A stretch of 55,727 bases of DNA, counting the filler, from Bipalium vagum (Eukaryota), in NCBI GenBank assembly GCA_037834085.1. It is 3 parts of 3 records of this genome, joined end to end, with 100 filler letters (N's around TTAATTAATTAA, not from the genome) between each part and the next. Parts side by side here need not be neighbours in the genome. Positions count along the whole stretch, not along the records: positions 1 to 17,099 come from JBBMKC010078536.1; 2 more parts are not named here. One strand, written 5' to 3'. Shown piece by piece: positions 1-12,330 of the stretch; position 1 is the stretch's first letter; every line of letters starts with the position of its first letter. Both the position numbers and the translations under genes were made by a program. The notes under the pieces are model-generated. The model had not been told where the DNA came from and searched no databases. It was given only the letters and a program-made list of their open reading frames with translations.

Positions 1-70
<70 letters not shown>
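1..70. repeat. (TAT)n microsatellite
   Basis: Perfect TTA/TAT trinucleotide run at the window start. Confidence 0.98.
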
Positions 71-71
<1 letters not shown>

Positions 72-270
72 TGTTATCTGTTTATAATCAATAGCATCGT
101 GATTTAAATAATTTAATTAATAACATAAAAATCGGTTCATCTTAGAAAATGTAATCAAACCACGGAAACCTCATATTAATATAAATTTAAATATTGGCTC
201 GAGTAAAAAGTCTTGTCGTTATTTTGTATTGACTGAAATTAGAAAAATATTGAAGGTCGATACCATTTAA
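71..270. repeat. Duplicated block, copy A (homologous to about 14415-14612)
   Basis: tttataatcaatagcatcgtgatttaaataatttaattaataacataaaaatc...aatcaaaccacggaaacctcatattaatataaat is shared nearly verbatim with the copy B block. Confidence 0.93.
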
Positions 271-299
271 AATATAGGAAATATATTCGTCAATTCCTC

Positions 300-900
300 T
301 TGAAGACCTTATTAATTTTAAAAGCACTGTCCTACGTGAAAATGGGACTTTGAATGAAACAAATGATAGTCAGAAGCTGTGACATTTGGAATGTATGAGA
401 TGTGACAATAGTTAACTTCCATCTAAGCTCTTGATGTTAGTCTCTGATTTCCATGGAGTAAAAATCACTACGTTATCCTCTTGTTATAAAACCTTCATCC
501 GATTGATTAAAAGAAGATATAAATTCTGACATAAATTATTGCAATCGCTTCAGTTGTAATGATTGAATGTCCGAGTTTAAGCTATTATCACCTAACAGAA
601 GTTCAAAAAGAGGAAAATAAATAACACGGAGTAAACAAAATCTCTGTACTTTAGGACAAGAAACTGATCGCCGTCTGTAGATAACCATTGATATTCTCTA
701 TTTTGGATATCAAATAATATTCACTTCTTATCTATCGTAACAAACTTCTTGAAAAGACGGTCGTCAAATGTTTTATTAAGCGATTTACAAATTTCACCCG
801 CTTACTTCCTTGACTTTTGTACAGTTCATAAAGGTCGGTCCGAGAAGTACTATATTTTTTCCAATCGTTAGATTGTAGACTAATAAAACTCGATTTCAGG
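300..900 (-). mobile_element. Highly degenerate mariner transposase remnant
   Basis: Reverse strand gives SDYHLFHS (cf. mariner YSPDLAPSDYHLF) near 355-380 and FFKKFVTIDKK (cf. FLKRIVTGDEKW) near 725-760; multiple frameshifts. Confidence 0.6.
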
Positions 901-976
901 GAGGGATTGGTGCGTTAATTGAGATAATTTTGATTCAACAGAGTATTCCAAGATATCTTCTAACATACACGGATAC

Positions 977-1071
977 CATTCTGTAATCGGGTTGATATTG
1001 GGGGCTGGTGTCACACGATTTGAGCTTTGCAAACCACCACATACTTGTCCTTTTGGTTGCCTCGTCTGAAC
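977..1071 (-). CDS. Probable exon 2 of the PAN-like gene, copy A (frame ambiguous)
   Basis: cttcttag acceptor at 1073-1072; block is homologous to about 15740-15830 in copy B. Confidence 0.3.
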
Positions 1072-1398
1072 CTAAGAAGTCTTAAATAAAACTAACCGCT
1101 TCAGAGATGAACAAATTATTATTCCAATAATGCGGTAAAAATACTAAAATCTCTTGTTGTTCTGTCATATTTGGCGTTAAGACAAACTAATATAAAAGCA
1201 TTTCACGCTATTATTTAAGAGAGTTAGGTGAATTCTAAGACAATAATACATTATTTCGTATCCTTTCATAAATAAAGAAGATGTCACATTTAAGTTTTAA
1301 TAACAAAAGATTATAGAACACTGTAATAATATTATTATTATCTTTACTATTTACATACATTTGTAAAGTATATAATGATTGAGGTAACATAAACTTAC

Positions 1399-1759
1399 TT
1401 TTGCAACAAAATAACATATACAGCGATTTTTCTTTCGAAGTAGTAAAACCCTTTGTAGTGTAACTAAACCACCTAAACAAATTCTTTGCAAAGTTGAAAA
1501 AAAAGCAAAGCTTATCCTTGTGACATTCCTTGACACAATCTAGGAATGTCATCATTCGTTTTTCTCCTAGAATAAACGCATCGCCCAAGCTTTTATTTTG
1601 ATATTTATAAAACCTTAATTGCTCTGAACACGTTTTGTTTTTTGTTGGGGTCCAGCAATTTGGATGAATTTTCATTCCTTTGTATTGAGGTATTTTTTCG
1701 TTCCAAACCCCAAGAGCCAGAGCTGAAATGACAATAATAATAGATCTACCAGGCTTCAT
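1399..1759 (-). CDS. Exon 1 of a putative small secreted PAN/apple-like domain gene, copy A (may be a pseudogene)
   Basis: MKPGRSIIIVISALALG signal-peptide-like start; FYKYQNKSL...TFLDCVKECHKDKLCFFFNF PAN-like cysteine pattern; strong GTAAGT donor at 1398-1393; conserved in the copy at 16122-16488. Confidence 0.5.
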
Positions 1760-2132
1760 CGTGGATGATAAAAGTAGTCTCTGGTTCAATACTCATCTTA
1801 TTTAGCGAAAAATCGACCAATCAGAATACTTTAAATATATTTTTTATTATTTTCCCAGAAAATAAGTTTTACTACTTGCTCAATCTGTGAACTTAATAAT
1901 GCGACCCTCGAAATTCTCTGTTTAATAGCTGTTTTTTTTAATATAAAGATAAAAATAATTGGAAATATTGTCTTTTTAAAAATTAATCTAATTTTATTAA
2001 TTTATATAATTTTTTAGAATTAATTTAATTAATCAAGTATTTTAAAACTTTCCTAAAAAATGATATATTAAATATTCCAATGAAATATGACCTTTAAAGA
2101 AAATTAGAATAATGCTACTATGATACTCAAAG

Positions 2133-3260
2133 TGTAACTTTATGTTGCCTTTGCTCTGTCCCCTCGCTTAGGTATTACCGTGTTCGCAAATCAAATTAAC
2201 CCAAATACGCTTTACTGTATGAATCAATTTAATTAAAAAAACTTTTTTGCACCACAAAACACAAAAAACAATCGCAATAAAAGAGATTCAATGTCTTTAA
2301 ATCACAATAAAATCATGCATGAAAAAAAAATCATAATTAGTTTCTTAGGTTAAAATATACCGAACAATTGATGTTATGAATTAACAATCGGCGATCAATA
2401 AAAAGTATTGAATTAATAATTATAATGATAAACAAAGAAAAACAAATTGATTAATAAACAATAAATAATATCCTCACCGGAGCGATCAATGGATCCCCTT
2501 GTCATCAGCTATGCTCTGTACGGTCGTCTATGGATTCCCAAACTCCACAAGATCCATTGTATAATCAATTTTCAGAAGCATTGAGTGAGGTTGTTCTTCT
2601 AACAGATCATATAGATCTTCCTTGTTTACTACAGATGGCCTTCCTAAACTAGATTTGTCTTGGAGGCTGATTGAAACTTTGGAACCATTCAGCAACAGTA
2701 GACTTGCTTAATTTGCCTTTGCTTTTAACACTGCAAATTTCTGCAACAGTGTCCGAATTTACCTTTTTAATTAATATATTTTTATTATATTATTATTATA
2801 ATTATTTCAGAATTCTATTGGTCTCTTTAGTTAGGTCCTTTGGAAAACCCAACAGTAATATAAATAATTAAAAAACTATATTTATAATATTTTAAATAAA
2901 TCATATTTTATTATTTTATTTATTATTATTTTATTTATTAAAAAAAATCTGTAATTTTAAGAAAAATTTTCAAATGATTTTTAAAATTAATTATTATTTA
3001 TTATTTTTATTGTTATTATTATTTTATTATTTTCTACCAAGGTATAATCTTTCAAAATATATTTTCCTTTGGAAATCGAAATAGTACACGAGAAATCAAG
3101 ATTAAAACAAAATAATCATTATATTAATAATTCTCCATCGTTCTTCGTGTTCGCAATTGATAAGTAATAAAAGGAGTAGTAACATAAACGAAAACGAATG
3201 AATAAAATAAAACAAGTATAATTTTCCCAGGGTTTTAAAACTATACAATTTCTAACCACA
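2133..3260. mobile_element. Solo-LTR-like / non-autonomous dispersed repeat
   Basis: Starts TGTAAC and ends ...CCACA; core tacggtcgtctatggattcccaaactc...ttgtataatc is shared with about 12938-12986; ttttcccaggg near the end resembles ttttcccgggg near 31685. Confidence 0.4.
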
Positions 3261-3402
3261 TTCACATCCGTGGTCAGTTAAAAATATTAAATTTTAATAT
3301 TTGTTTAAATTAACAGAACAATTTTCGATTTTTATTTTTTGAATAAGAAAAAATATTAAAAATGTATTATTAATAGTGCAATTTTCTACTTTTTAATTTA
3401 TA

Positions 3403-3990
3403 TACTCTCTCCATACCAAAGAAACCCAATTAGCTAAAATTAATTATAACATAATATTATTAACAAAGTTTATCATAACAAATGTGGTACATTACCATTT
3501 AAACCTTGCTGCTTTATAATTTTCGTTACTATCCGAGATTGGCTTTCAGAAATGGAATTCAACGTCTCAGGTTTAGTTGACCAGAAATTCTCTTCTAATG
3601 AAAACCACAATTCGTCCACATTTTCACATTTAACTCCAGGAACTCACTTATTGAAAGACGAGAAAATCGATGTTGTTTGCATTTAAATCTGGAGACTGTG
3701 CTGGTTGGTTAATAGTGATTATTCTGGGAACAAGAATATCTCCAAAGTCTTTGAAGCGTTCAACATTATTTGTTCCAATGTGTGGGCCAGCATTGTTCAT
3801 TTGCACAATCACATTTTGATACGACTGCGTTTTGTTACAAATCATAGGCATAACTTCAATGGTCATCAAGTCATAAAAACTATTTATCGTTAATGTGCAA
3901 TCAATTTTGAATGAGTCACCCTTATGATGATTTTTTCGAAACGCTGGGCCTCGATATTTTTTTATACCAATACCAATCAATCCATTAAAT
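3403..3990 (-). mobile_element. Degenerate Tc1/mariner DD39D-like (plant mariner / Stowaway-type) transposase 3' half with TIR
   Basis: VIVQMNNAGPH...QPAQSPDLNANNIDF, then after a frameshift NVDELWFSLEENFWSTKPETLNSISESQSRIVTKIIKQQGLNGNVPH; TA-CTCTCTCCATACCAAA at 3403-3420 resembles the Stowaway TIR CTCCCTCCGT. Confidence 0.7.
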
Positions 3991-4944
3991 TCATTTTCAT
4001 TTCATTCATTGAGGTATCATCGGCATTTATGATTTGAATTTTCTGTCATCTCTTAGACATTAGTTCATCAATGATTTGTTCCACAAGTTTGTTCATTTTG
4101 TCAAAGTTTCGATATTATGATTATCTAATCAAATTAATTTTTTTTAAAAAAAAATAAAGTTTGGTGCAATTTTTAAAATATTCTGATCAATGTTTATTTT
4201 AATTTAATATTCCGTCAGTCGTCCAGTTCTCCCGTTAACGTCTGACATCATCAATTCCCTCGGATGAAGTGCAAATAAGCGAAGGAAAATGACTGCATTA
4301 AATCATTATGGATTAGGTACATAATCATCAAAACAATAAAATGGGAACAGCTAAGAAACTTTGTAAAATAAGAATTAAATATTTCTTAAAAAGAAAGAGG
4401 AACCGATAAATACAGAAAATTTTAAAAGAAAGAAAGACAATTTGATTAAAGGACGACTGAGACACCAATTCGTTGTTTCGTAAATTCAACTGATGACGTT
4501 AACCTTTGCTTAAAGTTATTTTTAAAAAATATCCAGAATTATTAAATGACCGTCTTTCCCATCTGAGAAGACGCCTCATAAAACCAGGAACGTCGAAAAC
4601 CAGAAGCTTTGAAAATTGTTGCAAAATCAGACACACTCTTACAAAGGGTTGACTGATTAAAATGTTAAATTTAAAAAAATGTATAACAAGATTTAGTGCT
4701 CAACATTATCTAAAATATCAGATTTGTCTAAAGTAACAAAAAAATCTGTTTTTCAGTATAACAGCCTTAATAGATCTTTCCTCACTCAAACATATTTATG
4801 CCTCCCGGCACACATACCCGTTCCTTCGTCAAAAACGTGTTTACCAAAGTAGTTCACTATGTGTCGTATAAACAAAATAAAATTAAATAAAAATTTAAAA
4901 AATAAATAATTTAAAACTGAAAAAATCAAATTTTCTTTTTAAAA

Positions 4945-6990
4945 ATGTCTACTCGAAACACACAAGCAAATTCAATCATCAATGTCGATGAATGGCAAGC
5001 TATAAAAATATCTTACCTTTTGAAGGATGTTCTTTTCCCAACGATTTATTTCATGATGATTACAATCTAAGATTTTTAAATTTTGAAGGAAATAAAATAA
5101 CTTATTTAAATTCTCATTATTATAAAAAAACATTTGGGAACAGTTTATCAATTTAAAATTTCTCCGAAAGATATTACAGAAGAACTATTACTAATTGTTT
5201 AAATTTTATTTTAGAAGCGATTAAAAATAATAATTATTATTATTATAGTGTTAAACTGACATCTTCACATCCTTTAGTTTATTTAAGATATAATTGTTTT
5301 CCTTTATGTAAAAAAGGAGAAGTAGTAAATTAATTATTTACAAGATTGAAAAACGTTTTACAATCAGAACAAACATTATATATTGAAGATGTAATTTTTG
5401 ATTTTTTATTTTACCAATACCAGTTGGAAAAGGAAAAAACTATGTTAATTATAGTAGAAGTAATTCTAAAAATTTAATATTACAAAATTTTACACAGAAT
5501 TCTATTAACATAATTCAAAATAATGACAGAATCTGTTTAGCATGATCAATAATAACTTCTTTAACTTATGATAATAAAACAAATAAAACTATTTTAACTT
5601 TTCCAAACGTGATAATAGAATGAGGTATATTAGACGAGGTAATCCAATTCAAGAAGAATGGGCAATAAAATTACATCATATATCACTTGTAGAAATTAAA
5701 GAAACTGGAAATAATATTGATGATTTAAAACAATTTGAAAATTTTTTAAATGTAAGAATTATAGTTTTTAATAATAATGAATCTATTTTATATAAATGAA
5801 ATGAAAATTTTAAAAAACAAACTTTTATATAATATGATCAAGAAAGTAATCATTTTATTTCAATTACAAAATAACAGCTTTTTTACAATCATTAAAATAT
5901 TGGCATAAATGTGTAATAAGATTTAAAAATCAGCATACATGTAAAATAAATAATAGTAAATCTTATAGAAATAAAAAAGTTTGTGATTTTTGTAATGAAG
6001 AATCTATATCAACATAAGTATGGTTATAAGAATTTCCCAATTTTTACTGAACAATACAAACTTCCATTCAATAATCACCAATGTTATTTAAAAAATAATG
6101 AAAGAAAATTTAAACAAAGTACTAAACATATATTTTTTGATTTTGAAGCAACACAAGAAATAGCTGGTTATCATGAAATGAGTTATTTAATTGCTTATAA
6201 TTCAGAAAGAAAAATATATTTTAAAATACAAACAAACATAATATCATATTTTAAACTTAATACTGAAAATTTAGAAAATTTAACAATTGAAAATATTTTA
6301 GATAATATAGAATTTTTAGAAAAAATAATAATTGAAAACTCAATTTCTTTAGTTGATAAATTTTATAAATTCTTTATTTGTAAGCAATGGCATGATGATT
6401 AAATAATTTTGAAGATATAAATTCTTATAAATGTATTCATTGGTAAGAATATTTATGTAAAATTGATAATATATATTCGACATGCAAAAAGAGGAGGAGA
6501 AAAAACTATTAATGTAAATACGAATTCAACTTCGAAACACTATAAATCTGATGGTTATTATTATGATCAAGAAACTAAAACTTATTATATTTATGAATTT
6601 AATGGTTTTTATTTTCATGCTTGTTTAACATATTATAATAAAGATGAAATATGCCATAGATGAAATGAAATAATTGAATTTTTAAATAATGGAACTTTAG
6701 AAAAAAAGAATAATATTATAAAATATTTTAAAGATACAAATTTAAAATTTGAATTTGAATATGAAAAGCTTTTAGAAAATCCTGATTTTAAAAATTTTAA
6801 AATAGATCCATAGTTATCTCAACTAAAACCTAAAGAAGCATTTTATGGAAAAAGAACCGAACCTATAAAATTATATCATAAAAGTGAAACTGAAAAAATT
6901 AAATATCTAGATTTTGTTTCATTGTATCCAACTGTAAATAAATATGATGAATATGCAGTTGATCATCCTATAAAAATATACAAAAATAGA
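4945..6990 (+). pseudogene. Decayed protein-primed family B DNA polymerase of a Polinton/Maverick (adintovirus-like) element
   Basis: Motifs in order: KRLQSEQTLYIED, PIPVGKG, IQNNDRICLA*SII, HIFFDFEATQE (Exo I), DGYYY...IYEFNGFYFHAC, PKEAFYGKRTE, IKYLDFVSLYPTVNKY (Pol motif A); many stops, frameshifts and internal deletions. Confidence 0.85.
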
Positions 6991-7039
6991 TTCAGATTTA
7001 AAATTAGGAACAAATGTTGTAACAGGATTATTATACATG

Positions 7040-7216
7040 TTAATTTAAAATAATTAAAATATTTAAAATAAATAATTTAAAAAATTCCCAGGTCTGATTA
7101 GCCTTTTCATAAGACATTTTATGCATAATACAATAATAAAAAAAAATTATTTCAATTTAAATTAGTTAAGATTTATTATATTTTCAAGGTGCGGCAATAA
7201 TTATTTGGAGAACTGT
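7040..7216 (-). mobile_element. 5' end fragment of a Tc1/mariner-superfamily element
   Basis: Reverse strand begins TA-CAGTTCTCCAAATAATTATTGCCGCACC (TIR-like); internal taatcagacctgggaattttt..aattatttattttaaatattt recurs on + at about 14811-14855, upstream of the transposase relic at 15290-15600. Confidence 0.5.
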
Positions 7217-10200
7217 ACGTTTAGGATAAAATATTTTTTATTAAATAAATACAATTAAAAAAATAAAGATAAATTTAAAAAATAAAAATAAAGTAAAAAA
7301 ACAGGTAAATTAAAAAAATTAAAGATAAATTTAAAAATAAATATACATTAAAATGATAATATAAAAATAAAAAAATGAAATGTTTAATTAAATTCTGTCA
7401 TTTTTAATTTTCAAAGTTTACATTGGTCATAATTTTAAAAAAATTTTAAATATTAACTAAAAATGATTTGAAAATAAATTTTAAATGCAGATTTCTCAGT
7501 CAATAGATTTATTAATTAATTATCTGCGAAATTTGAGAGTTTTGAGTGCTATCCTTAGTCCCTGATTGTATCAATTCGGATGGAATGATGCTCAGGTTTA
7601 GTCTATCCGCGTAAATACAAAATTATTATAAAGACATTAAAACTCAAAAGAATAGTTATAATAAAAGAAAATATTAGAAATGAAAAGTACCTTACTTTAG
7701 AAGTCCATAAAACCCACAGAAAGCACAAAAATGTAAAGTACTTGTTTGTTCGAATTCCATATAAAAGAAAATTAATAATTAAAACAATTTTAATTATTTA
7801 TTTTACTGAATTATATAAAATCTATATAATTTTTATTTAAAATTGCAAAAAAGTCACAAATAGAAGTATACTATTGTACAATACTTATATTAATACAATA
7901 ATTTATAATTCGTATTTTAATATTAAAACGAAACATATTCAAATTATTAAAAAAAAAATAAAATGAACGGAAATTTTTATTTCAAAAAATTTATACGTCA
8001 CACTGAACAATATCAAATTAAATCCATAATATAATGAAATAGCTATATATATATAAAATAGCTATATAAATAGCTACATTTTTAAATTGTGAGAGTCATT
8101 ATGCATTGAATCCGGTTATGGTTTGGTTTCTGACCTCATCTGATCAATCTGAAACATCCATCTGAAGCACACTCAGCCAAAACAATATATTGTCCTCTCA
8201 ATATTATCAACCAACATTGGGTTCTATTTATCTATCAGAAAGAGGCCAAACAGTAAAAAAAATCAACATTTATTTTATGAAACTCTTCATTCTTTGTCAG
8301 TCCATTATAGTTTTTCATTGTTATCTCCAGTTTCTTTTTACTAATTTCTTTTTTCATCATCTTTTGTGTTCGCCTTTCATCGGCTCGTTGTTTCGCCAGT
8401 CTTCGGCCTGGTTGGGGTGCGCTGTGGGTAAGTTAGTGTGCAAAACTTTACTTAATTCCGCATCTCGTCGGCTGCGCAGATCTTCATTCCCGGTCTTCTT
8501 TCCTAATACATCATACCAAGACAAAGAAGCAAACACATGATCCTATTTGACTCTAGAGGTTGTATTTCCCAACTGCCCGGCACATTATCCTTTCGTATAT
8601 TCCGAGAAAAAACCTTATGCCTTAACTCAAACCAAACAAAACTATTTCACAGAAAAATAAAATGAAGACTTTACACTATTTCTCGGATTATACTAGAGGT
8701 ATTGGAATTTGTGCAGGGTTTTTAAGACCTACCCGTTGAGAAAAATTTATATAAAAAATAAAAAAGTATCAAATTACTATTTATACACAATATTAATTAA
8801 ACGCTTATAGAGAAAACCAAACACCAAGCACCAAAAAATAAACAAAATATTTCCTAATCCTTGTCGGTCTTTTTTCCCTCATACTATTAAGCCTTAGTAA
8901 TTCAGGTTATTCAGGCGATAAGGATTAAGGATAAAGAACATTCCTCAGATGATTATTTCCATTATACGGTGAGCAGTGGATATTGGATTATTTCCTCATC
9001 TTTGATTTGTTCATGAGGCCCTTATATATCATTTTTGTTCTCGTTCCATATCCACCATTAAGAAATCCAATTCCAACCGGACATAGTTCTCAAATTGATA
9101 AAAACTCTAAATTTTAATTTTAAAAAAATATTCAATATGAAGTGCATGATTTGTGTTGCCCCATTTCAAAAAATTATACACCAAGATAACAGGTAAATAC
9201 AGTATATTTCTCATACTGCAGGTCACCAACAAGTCTTTCTCTTTAAACGTAGAATTTATAAGCCAAATAGGAGAAAAAGCTATGGACTTGCACAACAAAA
9301 ACGTTAAATTAGCAAATTTTAATTGCTTTGGAGATAAGAAAAATGTTAATAAAAATGTCATGTCAATCGAAACCTACAATTTCAGAGTAAAACATATTCT
9401 CGACCTGTTTCCAAAGCCTTGATAGTAAATTTGCAATTCTAATCAACAATACGCTTTCAAATAAAATTGAAATATCCAGAGGTCATATCAATCTATTTCT
9501 CGATATTAAATCTATCAAAAGAACTTCAATGATATTCGCTATCTTTCGACTACCAAAATCCCATCAAGTGCTACTAATCATTGATTTTTATAGAAATTGT
9601 GCGTTCGTATTAAATCCAACGGCAAAAATATAACATGAGGAAAATGACTGATGGTTATTCTTTAATCTGTTATTATGTGAAAACATTATTCAACATAGCA
9701 TATGACTCAAAATGACGGACTTGGATCTAAATTTTGTCAACTCTTGAATAGTGCAACTTATAACTGCAAAGAAAGAAATATACGGGGATTTTAAAAACAC
9801 AGCGGTTGAAAAAAATGAAACATCCGAATAGCTGAAGGTCGCAAAAAATTCATTATCAATGAGAGCTGAACGATTACATTCTATTAAGTTTCCCTAAAAG
9901 TGACTAAATTTAAACTTCAAAAAATCGATAAAAGACTTAAAGGTTACGTAACATAAAAGTATGTGTCTCTCAGAAGAAATTATGGCGTGTAATTCGAAGG
10001 AAAAATAAAATGGAATAAATGAAAACGAAGTGAATTCACTACAAATATTTTTATTTGTAAAAATGCGAATTTACAATGGGATTTTAAATAAGAATCTTTA
10101 AATCCTTACACAGTTATCCTGTAACTTTTGGTCAGGTAACTTTTTGATTTGCCAACCCTAACTTTTGTGCAAACCACAAACAAAAAAAGAAAACTGGAAA

Positions 10201-10313
10201 ATGTGAAAATAAAAGAGAGATAATCCTATAAAATAGTGATTATCAGAAGAGTGATTGATTTTAAATTAAATTTAAATAGACTGTATAAATTACAATAATT
10301 TACGAGTTTAATG

Positions 10314-10314
10314 A

Positions 10315-10350
<36 letters not shown>
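10314..10350. repeat. (AAT)n microsatellite
   Basis: Direct trinucleotide run. Confidence 0.95.
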
Positions 10351-10969
10351 TAATAAAATAATTTTACTGTGTTCAAAATGAGCATAAAATTTTCGTCTGT
10401 ATAGAAGAATTTGATTCCGTTGTTGAATGATCGTCCTTGAATTGCTTGTTTCTGTTGAATGTACGTGTTGATTTACGTCTAAAATGTTGGAGAAAGATTT
10501 GCGCTTAAATAGTTTGACAGGATCCAAAGCTTATGGTTTTGTTTTCGAATATTTACGTCTGATATTGGAATATTTGTTTTTGTCCTTAAATGATCTTTGA
10601 TTCGAAATGTTTTCGTTGTTCGTGGAATATTTTTTGTGTATTTTATTCCAAATTCAATTGCCCTTTTATATGTTATTTTTCAGGTCAGTTTTATTTTTAG
10701 ATTTTAATTTTTTCCTTTTTTAATTTTCTTCTTTGAATTATTTCCATATTTAGATCTATATTAATTTTTTTGCTAGGTTTCTATTTTTAGAAACCAAGTA
10801 TTTCCTAATTTAATTTTTATGTATCTTCTTTGTTTAATAATTAATAATAATGATAATAATAATAATTGCTAGGACTCAAATTCATTCATTTTTTAAAGAT
10901 TCCTTTTTTTACAAGTAACGAAAATAAAAACATTTTTTAATAATTTTATTAAAATCCCAAATTTCAGAG

Positions 10970-12013
10970 TTCAATGATCAATTTTTAAATAAATAAGTCA
11001 GTTCTTCTTGAGTCTCCACAATTCTGTTGACAACAAATTATCCCTAAATGAGCGTAATACTATTATGAAAGCGCTTATGGAACTTTTCCCAAATAAAATG
11101 GTAAAATTCTTTTTATCTCCATGTCTTGGTCAAAAAACGACAGTGAAGGCATTTAAAAAATCAAAACTGGAAAGTGTTCTAACCAATATGAAAAAGGCAT
11201 GCATAAGATCTTGAACTATGAAAAAACTAAAAGCCCTCTGAATATTGAAAAAGTTATTGATTATTTCAGTAAAGAATGCGTAATTCCAAAAAATGGAAAT
11301 TTCCATCTTGTATAAAAATAAATAGTAAAAACAAGATCAACTTTGATCCGATTGATCCATTTGATGTCCTTACCGAGTACAAAAAGATCCTAAATACTTT
11401 ACAAGCCCTTGAAAATATCTCATACAAAAACCTAATCTATTTCGATCCAGAAGGTATTCTGCTTAGCCTCTTATTCAACTTGATCTTTGAAACAAATCAA
11501 CTACCAACATTATGACACGTTGCAAAGAAACCATTTATTCCAAAACCTCGAAAAGTTGATGAGTACTTTCGACAGAATACAAGATATTCACAGAAATATC
11601 ACCAAGAATATTAAATTGGTGGCTAAAAAAGAGAATAACTTCTTGAATGCAATTCTGAATACTTGTTTCGAACATTCGATATACAAAAAATCGTCACTTA
11701 TCAATTTGCTTTATGGATGTATTTCGTGTATACTTTCCTGATTATATGTGGTCGTTGTTTTTTTATATCGTTGTAAACATAGTATTCATGAAGCTCATCA
11801 AATTGTTTTACACCATTGTCGGTTCTTTTAGAATTTGTGGCAACATCGTTATTCAAAATATACCAATGTTCAAAGGATATAGTTAAAGTGTCTGGTATCG
11901 ATGACACTATTCTCAATTACAATCAATTCAGTCTTGGAGTTTTTACTATTCCTACCAACGCCAGGCTTTCGAATCAGTCAATCAGAAGTAAAAGTCTTAG
12001 CTTACACGGATGA
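10970..12013 (+). pseudogene. Unidentified decayed coding sequence, probably from a mobile element or virus
   Basis: Four consecutive + strand ORF fragments (11008-11214, 11276-11515, 11487-11741, 11816-12013) with coding-like composition, separated by stops/frameshifts; no intron signals seen. Confidence 0.4.
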
Positions 12014-12179
12014 CATAACGCTAATCTCGGACAATGACAAAAGCCTGAAAATTTTATCAACAGAAAATTGAGATAACGGATTGGATTGGATTAGAATTTA
12101 GACCAGAAAATGTGCATTTTTGAGATTATGTACACATATATTCTACTTTACATATATGTCCTCCTTTATTTTTATTTCT

Positions 12180-12330
12180 CATTTTCTTTATCAGGTAAAC
12201 TCGTTTTGCTTTATAACAATATGATTTTGATCTTAGGGTAACAAATTTTCTCATCAGGTCTCTTCCTGATTCATGTGTAAGCGTCCCAAATAATATCTTT
12301 TGTTTTTCGTAATATTCTTTTTTGTTTCAT
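12180..12330 (-). pseudogene. C-terminal fragment of a Polinton-type PolB
   Basis: Reverse translation KQKILFGTLTHESGRDLMRKFVTLRSKSYCYK resembles the pPolB C-terminal KKVIGKFKDE..G..M.EFV.LRSKMYSY pattern. Confidence 0.6.

Noticed and set aside
8100-9090. GC-richer segment with a 116-aa + strand ORF; possible retroelement relic on the minus strand
   Set aside because: No diagnostic motif could be recognised; left unannotated
10300-10527. ORFs with poly-Ile or poly-Leu tails (also 52116-52343 and 52438-52629)
   Set aside because: Produced by (AAT)n/(TAT)n microsatellites
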